Below the pieces are notes generated by a model. The model made no database searches. It was not told the origin of the DNA and saw nothing but the letters and a program-made list of their open reading frames with translations. This document shows positions 25,301-34,057 of a stretch of 34,057 bases of DNA, piece by piece. Made by a program: the position numbers and the translations under genes. The first letter of the stretch is position 1, and every line of letters starts with the position of its first letter. Location: the NCBI GenBank assembly GCA_000934665.2, contig JYFJ02000032.1, forward strand, positions 186,001 to 220,057, in the 5' to 3' direction. The stretch comes from Catajapyx aquilonaris (taxonomy: Eukaryota).

Positions 25301-26321
25301 GCCTTAATTAATTAATGGCCGACTTTTCCTCCGGCTTCAAATTTCCAGATGGTGAAACCCGACCGGAGAAAGTCGAGGCTTTGGAAGCCAGGGGGGTGAA
25401 AAATCACCGTCGGCTCAATTGGGCAGCAATTCACCTGGAATCATACAATCAGCCGAATATGATCATAAAATATGCCTAAAGGATGCAGGCACACATGTCT
25501 GGAGGCCAATTAATGTCACAATAGGGGGTCATTCCATTGCAGAGATGACCTCTAAGTGATGTATGGCCGTCGAGCAGATTGCGCCAGATACATGGAATTC
25601 GAGGTTACTTTTTTAAAAAAATTCCGGGTCAGCTGGCAGTTTAAGTGACTTATGTGCTTCTGATGGATCTGACCTTGCCGTTGGGTAAACAATGCGTGTG
25701 CGTAGGACAAATGTTGCAGTCTCTTCTCGTCCGGTTTATATAGGCCAAAGCAAGGAATCAATCCCAGGCTTTTGATATCATCCTAGCTTTGACGCGGATA
25801 CAATAATGTGCTGACATAGCCACGAATCAGGCAGCTGATCATGCGCAGATCATCGCCTCCCCTGTGATTTAAACCTTTTGTTGGGTCCTGGGACCAGTCG
25901 GAATGCAGCCTTAGTTGCCGATTGCATAGGTTTTTTTCCCCCTGCATATACCCCCGTCAACTCCTGACAAGTGTGCAAACATTATGGACAACCCACCATT
26001 ACTCAGTGGCCGGAAATAGATGTGTAGCATCGATTTCGACTGTCCATTTGCCTTTTTTGAGGACATTCGCCCAGGAAGCTTTCGCTGGGGGATCTATTTT
26101 TCTTCTTTACGAGGATATCTTGACAGGTTTGCAACCCTCGGGTTTTCTTCAATGACTAGAGCGCATGCAAGGTGTGTGTTTAGAGTAGTGAGGAGGTTTG
26201 TACTAGAGCGAGTGTGAGTGTGTGTGAGAGGTGACCAGACACTAGATCGGACACCTAACCGGCGTCCAGGTCCCCCCACGGCCCGGCGGAGTCTAAGGCG
26301 CGGGCTCCTCTGCGCCGGCAG

Positions 26322-26753
26322 GGCGAAACCGGCGGCAGACCCGGCGGCGACGACTCCTCTTCAGCGTCGTCAGCGTCATCGCCGTCGTCGTCGTCGTCCA
26401 CCAGAGCAGCCGCAGCCGACTCGGAGCAGCCTGGCTCGTCAGGCAGCCGGCCTTCGTCCATGCTGTTCAGCGAGGACGGCTTCGTCCGGTTCCGCACCTC
26501 GGCCGACCCCGAGCAGCCTGTGGACCAGGTGCTGGACCAGTGCTCCTCCTTCTCCTCATCCTCTTCGTCCAACAACCACAGCAGCAGCAGCACCAACAGC
26601 AGCCATCGAGGTGGTCGTCGACCGCACTCCAGGACGGCCCAGCAGCAACACCAGGGCGATCCGCCCCCGGGCCACCAGCCCACTACCAGCGCCGGGGGCA
26701 CACTGGTGCGGTCCAGCCTCAGGAGCTTACCAGCAAGGCCTTCGCCCAAGCAG
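26322..26753 (+). CDS. PRRT3/PRRT4-like: PRRT3/PRRT4-family protein, coding exon 6 (Ser-rich; 5' boundary less certain)
   Basis: Phase-0 acceptor ctcctctgcgccggcag|GGC, donor CAG|GTGGGG, 432 nt. GC-rich, contains SSMLFSEDGFVRFRT. The frame is open back to TAA 26256, so an alternative acceptor at 26269/26270 is possible. Confidence 0.78.
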
Positions 26754-27725
26754 GTGGGGACCACGCTCACACACAATTTGCCTCCTCACTACTCTGTTCA
26801 CACACCCGCTTTTTTCCCCCCCTCACTAAACCCAAAAACAAGTGTAATCATCACCTGCTCCCCCCGAAAAAAAAAAAAGCGGGTGTGTGAACACACACAT
26901 GTAACTCTGCAGAATGAAATCGATGTCTGGAGAACGGGCGACAGCTTCTGGCTCATTTTTCCGGAGCTTTCGTCTTGATTGTCTTTCCCCCTTCTAATAT
27001 ATTGTTTGCAGTTCGGCGCTGTCGTGGGCGCGTGTAAATAATAGCACCCTGCAAAACCCCGGGACGAGATTAAAGATGGCAGAAACAATCTAGCTTCCTC
27101 GGCTGCCGGAGCCTTATCGATGGAAAGGGAAGAAGGGGAGGCAGATAAAATGAAAAGGGCTGCTCTCCGATTGAGGAAATTAGGCCTCGGGAGTTAAGAA
27201 CTAATGAAGGAATCTCGCAGGCTGGCTTTCTGGAGGGCCTCGGATGTCAAGTTGTAGTAATTGGAGGGGGACTCGGATTACATAACTCAGACAGGAGGCA
27301 GCTAACTGGCAAAATGGGTCTGGGGAGAAAACTCTGTTGTATTACACTGCTTACTATGTATTTGGCGTGTGTCCAATCGGCACGTTTTTGGCACTTGCGC
27401 TAGGACACAATAATTTGCAACCAGACCCCGGTGTGGTGTATAAACCTCTTCTCTCTCTCTCTTCCCCCCAACTGCAACCACTCCTAAGCTCCACTTTGCC
27501 GCCTCGGCACATCGCATTCTAGGCTTTAAACCCCTGTGAAGGAACCAAGGCGGAGCTTTATTATCCCACCGTTTGGGCCAAATTTATGGCCCGGCCTGCA
27601 TGTAATGTGGACTTGTTGAAAGTTTATAATTACGCCCCGGGTTGGCGATTAAACCATAGTAGGTGGGGGGAGGATGGTGGTAAATCTTGCGAATCTTGAA
27701 TTTTCACACATTTTTTTTTCCACAG

Positions 27726-29159
27726 ATGAGCGAAGGACGAAGTCGTCGTGGGCTGTACAGCCTGGAAGGGACCGACACTAGCTCCGGAGACGCCCTGAGT
27801 TGCTGCCCAGCCGGTACGACCAGGGGCGGCCAGCAGCAGGGTCCGATGGCCAAGTACGCCAGCACGTGCAGCTCCGAGAGTGCAGCCAACAGTTTCGACG
27901 TCCGGTTGTTCCCGTCGTCTGATTCGGGTCGCAGCTCCTTTCGTCCGCACAAACCGCCTGGTGAACCGCCTTGGAATGGGAGTAAAAGACGTACCGAGGA
28001 ACGTGTGAAGGACCGGCGGCACCACCATCATCACCATCATCACCACCATCACCGCCAGTCCTCACCACCCGGATCACCAGAAGCGACATCCAAGTCCGAC
28101 ATGCAGATCGACTTCCTGACTGATCTGTCCAACGACCAGTTTTCTGATTCGGACGTGGCTGGCAGCTCGGTGGAGCCGTCCGGTTACGAAGACAATGCGG
28201 ACGACGAGCAGGAGTCGGACGGAGGCGGCGGGAGACATCACGAGGAGAACGAGGATCGGGGCAGCAGAAGGGCGGTTCCGTCCGCCCCTGGGCTGAACCA
28301 CTGCACGCAGCTGAACCTGAACCTGGCCGCTGCTTTCGGTTACCATCCGGGCAGCTGCGGGCTACCCACATCTCAGGACATCACCCCGGATTCGGCGGTG
28401 GTTGCAGACATAAGCGAGTGCGGGTCAAAAAACGAGGGAGGGGGCGGGGGGGAGGGGAACACCCTCCCGCCCCGCCTGCAGCTTCTGGGTGGTAAGCCCG
28501 TGGTCAACGGAGGAGGCAACCCGGTAACGGACATACTCCGGATCAGCACCTCTTCATTGAACGAGGTGCTGAGCGTCAGCGCAAAAGGGCTTCTGAGCAA
28601 GCTGAGAGGCAGCAACTTCTCGCTGAACGGAACCAACACGCACTACGGGTACAGTCCGCTGGGAAGCGAAGACGTGCTGACCCAGCAGCACCGGGCCAAC
28701 AGCGCCACGCAGGTCACCGACTTGGACTTTGGCAGCCTGGTCCACCCGCCCATCCGACCATCCAAGCTGGACCTGGATCTGGACGGGAAATCGCAGCTCA
28801 GACCTCTTCTGGTCCACACCGGTCCGGCCATGTACCCGCACCGGCACGCTGCCCACTCGTCCTGTCCGTTCGTGGACGATGCCACCCAGACCGACTTCTG
28901 TGATATCTTCAGCGAGGGCTGCTACGGTCACCACCACCACCATCACCACAGGAGGAACCACAGGCACCTGCCACATCTGAACGACCTCTCGATTGAAACG
29001 TGCTCCAGGAGGACCAGCGACTTGAACATACGTCCGCACACAGCACATTTCTACAATGTGTGCGGTACCGAGGTGCAGCAGGCGATCAGGAACAAGGAGA
29101 AGGACATTGGCGAGATTCAACACCCGCATTTCACGTCTGAGGAGGAGAGTGTTGTGTAA
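27726..29159 (+). CDS. PRRT3/PRRT4-like: PRRT3/PRRT4-family protein, terminal coding exon (low-complexity tail, poly-His, PDZ ligand)
   Basis: Acceptor tttttttttccacag|ATG, phase 0. 477 codons to TAA 29157-29159. Contains AKYASTCSSESAANSFDVR, H11 and H7, and ends EEESVV. Confidence 0.88.
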   Translation: MSEGRSRRGLYSLEGTDTSSGDALSCCPAGTTRGGQQQGPMAKYASTCSSESAANSFDVRLFPSSDSGRSSFRPHKPPGEPPWNGSKRRTEERVKDRRHHHHHHHHHHHRQSSPPGSPEATSKSDMQIDFLTDLSNDQFSDSDVAGSSVEPSGYEDNADDEQESDGGGGRHHEENEDRGSRRAVPSAPGLNHCTQLNLNLAAAFGYHPGSCGLPTSQDITPDSAVVADISECGSKNEGGGGGEGNTLPPRLQLLGGKPVVNGGGNPVTDILRISTSSLNEVLSVSAKGLLSKLRGSNFSLNGTNTHYGYSPLGSEDVLTQQHRANSATQVTDLDFGSLVHPPIRPSKLDLDLDGKSQLRPLLVHTGPAMYPHRHAAHSSCPFVDDATQTDFCDIFSEGCYGHHHHHHHRRNHRHLPHLNDLSIETCSRRTSDLNIRPHTAHFYNVCGTEVQQAIRNKEKDIGEIQHPHFTSEEESVV

Positions 29160-29903
29160 AAAAAATGGTGCCCACCCAGAGTCACGTACTGTTGTAGTGT
29201 GTAGTGATACCCCCCAAGATTCCTTTTACTGTACCAAAACGGACAAAGCTGGAATCAATCACTTTCTTTTACTACAAGTTTTTTTTTCATCTTTCTCTCT
29301 CTCCAAAAAGGGAAGACTGATTTTTATTACGTGCTGCCCAAGTCAGCGCCCAAGTCTCGCTAATTATTACCGACGGACCTGTAGAGCAGGCGACGATGTT
29401 GTGTATAAAAAGTTATATATAAATATATGAAATACGCCGCGATGTGTCCATCTCTGTGGATCGTTCCTACGAGGCCGGACAACAATGGACAAGGAAAACG
29501 GCCAGCAAAAAAAATCCCTTCCTAACCCACCACCCCAAAAAAGTGTAGAGAGCATGTTCCTTTATCCCTTTCAAACGATATCATCCCTCCCATCCCCACT
29601 GTACACAAGAACGAAAGTTGTTGAAGCAAGTGGTCTGGTGTGCAATTTGTTCGTCTTTTGAGAGATAAAAAAAATTATCCCGTGCGTACGTTTTTTTTTC
29701 CTGTGCACTGGCGTGGGTGACTAGTCCTTTTTATTTAAATACATGTGCTGATGCTCATCAATAGTGCACTGTAGAAGAAGAATTTTAAAAAGGCGGTGCG
29801 CGTAATTGGAGGAGAGAAGCACAGGTGGAGTTTGTTTTACTTGTTTATACTTCTCTGTATCCTGGGGCTGTATACTGTACACGATTGTAATGTATTTTGC
29901 TGT

Positions 29904-29909
29904 AATAAA
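29904..29909 (+). terminator. Polyadenylation signal AATAAA (3' UTR ~29160-29930)
   Basis: Canonical hexamer preceded by several TGTA elements (29855-29904), ~745 nt after the stop codon. Confidence 0.65.
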
Positions 29910-30570
29910 GCCTTACTTCATGTGAAAACAAGAAACTTGGGCTATTATCCAACTCGTAGTGTTCTTTGCAACAACGCTCTAATGAGCAAACAAGCACTAT
30001 GGGGCAAATGTTAATATTTCAATGCGCTTGGAAAAGTTGGGGAAAGTTGATCTTCCATGAATTAAGCAGTCAAGCGGCAAAAGTCTGTAACTCACTATTA
30101 ATAATCCGTTCCTGGAAAACTGTTTCAGGTCATGTTTGATTTTTTTTAAATGCCACAAGCAGGGTGCATTAAATGGTACTGTTTGCCTGCATGGGTCCGA
30201 TTAGAATCGGACGTCCCGAAAACAAAATAATATTATTCATACACTTGCCACAGCACGCATTATTTTCAGGCGATTTCATGGGTACAGAACAGCATGAGCA
30301 ACAAAACATTCCGTACGGTACTGCAGCGCTGTCCAGACTTCGGAAATCCCGTTCAAGGTAAGATGCAACTCGAGGCTTTTAAAATGGGTCTTACTGTAGA
30401 TGACCACCTTAATTTTTATAGGAATGGCACGATGGCCATATTATGTTACAAAAGTTCCGTGCCGAATGCATTTTAAATTTAAATCATGGCCTGAAAAATC
30501 TAATACTAAATCCACAAAAGGGATGATGAAAACAATATTTTTACGTAAAGAAATCCAGTCAAAAAGAATT

Positions 30571-30671
30571 GGCAAGTGCACCCGGCATTCTAGGCGGTCA
30601 CCCATCCAAGGACTACCCGGGCCCGACGTTCGGACGAGAACCGGTGTTTTCAACGTGGTATGACCCTTGGC
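30571..30671 (-). pseudogene. 5S rRNA: 5S rRNA pseudogene with a ~16-nt internal deletion
   Basis: Minus strand reads GCCAAGGGTCATACCACGTTGAAAACACCGGTTCTCGTCCGA^ACGTCGGGCCCGGGTAGTCCTTGGATGGGTGACCGCCTAGAATGCCGGGTGCACTTGCC. This is the invertebrate 5S sequence lacking TCACCGAAGTTAAGCA, followed by TTCTTTTT (a Pol III terminator-like T run at 30561-30565). Confidence 0.9.
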
Positions 30672-31686
30672 AGTGTCCAGAGCAGATTGCATCCCTTTAT
30701 GGCGAGGATCGCATGAGTAGAGCTTCGAGAGTTTCCAACCTACGGCAGCACCGCACAAACAGCCACTAGAGCATGGCAGGTGGCATCTTCCGGACTCACC
30801 CTGTACGAGAAGGCCATTTCCACTCTACATTTCTGTCGGCTTATCCTGGCTCTTCAAGGCAACCCTGCATGCCCATCTGGTAAGGTGGATGCCTGCGTGC
30901 CAGGATGAATTGACTGCATTACAGGACTTCACTTTTGTACTTTTAACTTCTGAACAAAATGATCATCTGATGAACTTGATTGCATTTTGCTCTTCGTATT
31001 CTATCTTGCACAGCAGATGATATAATAATGAACGAGACTTGACCTGTTGGCATGTTCTGAATTCCTTTGCAGAGGCTATATACATTGAATTATAGTTATT
31101 GTAGGCCCTACACCAACTGTTGATGCACCTTGATTTACGGTAAAGCAGCTGTAATCTCGTCGGGACACGAGACAGGAATGCTTGGCGCGCGGAGGCAACG
31201 TGCCGGTAAAGATTCTCTTTACTTTCCTGATGATTCCCTATACACGAATACTTTCTGTTTCAATGTGATATTATATGGCGACTTGGGAATCGTTTCAATT
31301 AATGGTATTGTAATTAGTAATCTGCCATTACGACAACAAGAAAAACAAAGTGAACGTCAAAATTAACGACTAATTAACATGAGTCATTGACTGATACCAA
31401 CTGATACCTAACACGAACTTTTCTGTTGTCAGATAAATGCGGTACATAAACACAGTATATTGTAGGGACGGCAGTCCCTATAGCAAGACCAAACAACCTC
31501 AAACAACAATATAAATTTTTCCGCGTTTTTCTACTCCGCCAGAATTTTGCCAAAGCATAACTCAAAAACCCTTAGAGATAAAGGTTTCAGTTTGAACACG
31601 GCGTGACGAACGATCCTTTTCCTGTCATGTTATAGCGAATTCCGTCGTACAACGCCAGAAAATGAGAAATAAAATTTTTATCGGTA

Positions 31687-32970
31687 TCTAAAACATATTT
31701 CAAGACCTATGTCTGGATGTCTGTCACCTAAACAGATCCATACGGAGGCCTCCACATATGCCCCAGGGGTATCACCGGGGGTAGTTTTTTACCGGGAAGG
31801 TTCTTAGCGCATTGGAATTGACCTCCGAGGTCATCCTTGGCCACAGGAGGCGAAAAGGACTTTGGAACACTCTTCTAACAATGAGCAATTGGCTGTAAAC
31901 AACACCTGTCTTGGGTTACCCGGCCAACCACTAAATGCACAAGTCCACGAATCGCCCCCTCCCCACTGCCCCCCCCCTCCTGTCCCATGCACCCACCCTC
32001 CCACTCCCCCCCCCNTATTTCATTCTATTACAAACACAACAAATAAAACACGTTCCCACGGCAACGACGTTCCGTCGCGGTCTACAAGCAGTTCCATAAT
32101 CTACACGGGCGCATTAGCAAAAAAAAAACAAAGTAACAATGAAGCCCTTTGCGACGACCTAAACAAACTCGCTTATGAATGGGCAACATATGGGGCATCG
32201 ACATGTCCACGCTTCTGCGGCCGTAGTACGGCGCAAAAATGGTGCAATTGACACAGAAATTACACCAAAGAATAGGACATGATCTGGCGCAGGGCACCTT
32301 CGTCGTCATTTTACCATTTTCGGCCTAGAAGTGACCTTTGGAGTTGAAGTGAAAGGAAAATGGCGTTCCCCAAAAGCCCATTTGAATAACATGGCGGCAG
32401 GAAACGCGACACAGTCGGGAACGCCTCTGCGCCCGTATGTCCACAATTTTAATGCAATCATATCGAGTATGGTACCATATAGTAAAGGCCAAACCTTTAC
32501 GCAGGGCACCTTCTTCGTGATTTTTCCGATTAACGGTGCGTTTCGCCACAAAAATATAAAATTCCCTCAAAAATGCACCTACCTTAACCTTAACGTGGTG
32601 GTGGGCCTTGAGTTCTCCAGCGACCCCACAGCTGCCTGCTGGCACAGTCATCCAGGCCAGATTGGCCATTTTGGGGTTGGGGAATGACTAAGAGAGGTGC
32701 CGGTCTTTCAATGCTATTCTACATTTACTGCACAACCTTCAATTTTTCATTATAAACTTTTGCTGGATTTTTAAGGCGTATTGTGTACTCTCTTACAATC
32801 TGACATCCGCAGTTTGGTGTTTGGACTTCATGCAAATGCAATATGCTTCATGTAACAGGTATGACAACATTGTATAGCCATAATTATTTCAAAGGTTACT
32901 ACCAAATCAATGACTTACACCTACATGGAAAAGTATTTCATAACCCGAGCAACGCCGGGCATCCTGCTAG
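31687..32970 (+). mobile_element. Non-autonomous Helitron (~1.3 kb)
   Basis: 3' end: hairpin CCCGAGCAACGCCGGG (32944-32959), 7-nt spacer, CTAG|T. Candidate 5' end: A|TCTAAAACATA followed by TGTCTGGATGTCTGTC, typical of arthropod Helitron 5' ends. Inserted between A and T with no TSD. The 5' boundary is less certain than the 3'. Confidence 0.65.
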
Positions 32971-32990
32971 TTCTCTATAAATTTTTCATA

Positions 32991-33037
32991 TCTTAGCAAC
33001 AATTAAATTCAAAAATTGTTCTTAGCAACAATTAAAT
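32991..33037. repeat. 18-bp direct repeat TCTTAGCAACAATTAAAT x2
   Basis: Exact copies at 32991-33008 and 33020-33037. Confidence 0.85.
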
Positions 33038-33624
33038 ATTTGTCGCGGATTCCCAGCAATTCTACTGCTATGATGCAATTATTCACAACGGCCAAACATC
33101 ACATTCGGGTATTACACCGCCATTATCGAAGAAGCAGATCAACGGCTACATCTGAAATGACTCGTTAGTTGAGCCAGAGGGTGACCCCCCGAAAAAAACT
33201 TTAGACATGCGTTTTGAGCGCCATATCTGTCTCTATAAAGTGAGTGATGGCCAATAGTTTCACATCTACTGTATCTGTAGTTCTCTTCCTCAGATGCAGT
33301 AATGGCAAAAAAAAGAGGAACGCTCGAAGGAATATTGCAGCACCATCATCACCGTCATACTTAGCAGAATCTACATCTATGTGATATTATGCAGATTAAC
33401 TTTTTTTTCATATAATGCGTCGTGTGCCCATATCTGTGGATCGGAAAATACAAAAACAAGCTTGCTAATAAAGAACCTTAATTATCCTCAATAAATGCTT
33501 CCTTGTTGATATTCCAGGTAATTACGGTGTGCAGAGGGAGGTTGCCCAGTTCTTCAGGGAGGCTAGTACAGTAGTATATTATTAAGGAAATTTAGAATCA
33601 AAAAGTCTTCAATTTTATAGCATA

Positions 33625-34057
33625 CTAGCAGCGGTACCCGTTCTTCACACGGGGAAAAAATAGCGTGGATAATTACACCGAAAACTTCTTAGATCTCAAG
33701 CAATATTAAATGCAAAACTGCTCATTCCCTTGCCTGTGTAGGCACTGGAAGGGTGTAAAAATTCTGGTTTGTTTGCGTAATAAAGAGCCACGCAACTATG
33801 GCTATGTGGTTATCAGAATACAAAAAGGTGGGACAGATGGAGAGAGAAACAAAGAGGAAAAAGAAGAGAGGAAAGACTGGCATCTCTCTTACTCTCGAAG
33901 TGTCCCTCGAAGTTCAAGGTGAAATATTTTTTTTTCGGGTTCCTTATCAGCTGGAAGGAAAACACCCTTCTGGAGAAATCCTCGATCTCAAGCGTTTTCG
34001 AGATACAGGGGTCAAAAGGTCAAGAATGGACCACTTTATGAAGGCCCTGAGGAAGCT
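33625..34057 (-). mobile_element. Helitron 3' portion; element probably extends to or beyond the window end
   Basis: Minus strand reads CCCGTGTGAAGAACGGG hairpin (33653-33637), TACCGCTG, CTAG|T (33628-33624). The extent of the body is inferred. Confidence 0.6.

Noticed and set aside
29640..29775. miRNA seed-like 7-mers in the 3' UTR (GTGCAAT; TGCACTG twice)
   Set aside because: Matches this short arise by chance and would need conservation data.
31950..32015. C-rich tract containing an N (G-quadruplex potential on the minus strand)
   Set aside because: Low-complexity sequence inside a probable Helitron, with an ambiguous base suggesting local assembly uncertainty.

Overview
Eukaryotic (metazoan, probably arthropod) genomic DNA. 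One complete spliced + strand gene dominates the window. Seven coding exons (8265-9509, 11533-11724, 18688-18912, 20932-21510, 21575-21775, 26322-26753, 27726-29159) join through canonical GT-AG, all phase-0 introns into a ~1435-aa protein of the PRRT3/PRRT4 (proline-rich transmembrane protein) family. It has a signal peptide, a ~360-aa Pro-rich ectodomain, seven hydrophobic helices and a ~780-aa low-complexity cytoplasmic tail with poly-His tracts, TQT motifs and a C-terminal class I PDZ ligand. The gene also has a 4-codon uORF, a candidate 30-nt regulated microexon (22305-22334) and an AATAAA at 29904. The rest is non-coding: decayed CR1/L2-type LINE relics, an AT-rich minisatellite, a Box-A-deleted 5S rRNA pseudogene (30571-30671, -), two convergent non-autonomous Helitrons, and an apparent excess of TACAGTA/TACTGTA Tc1/mariner-type footprints. 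No prokaryotic system or CRISPR array is present. The best candidate for undescribed biology is the orphan 7TM receptor-like protein and its splicing and translational regulation. All family assignments come from remembered motifs, not database searches.
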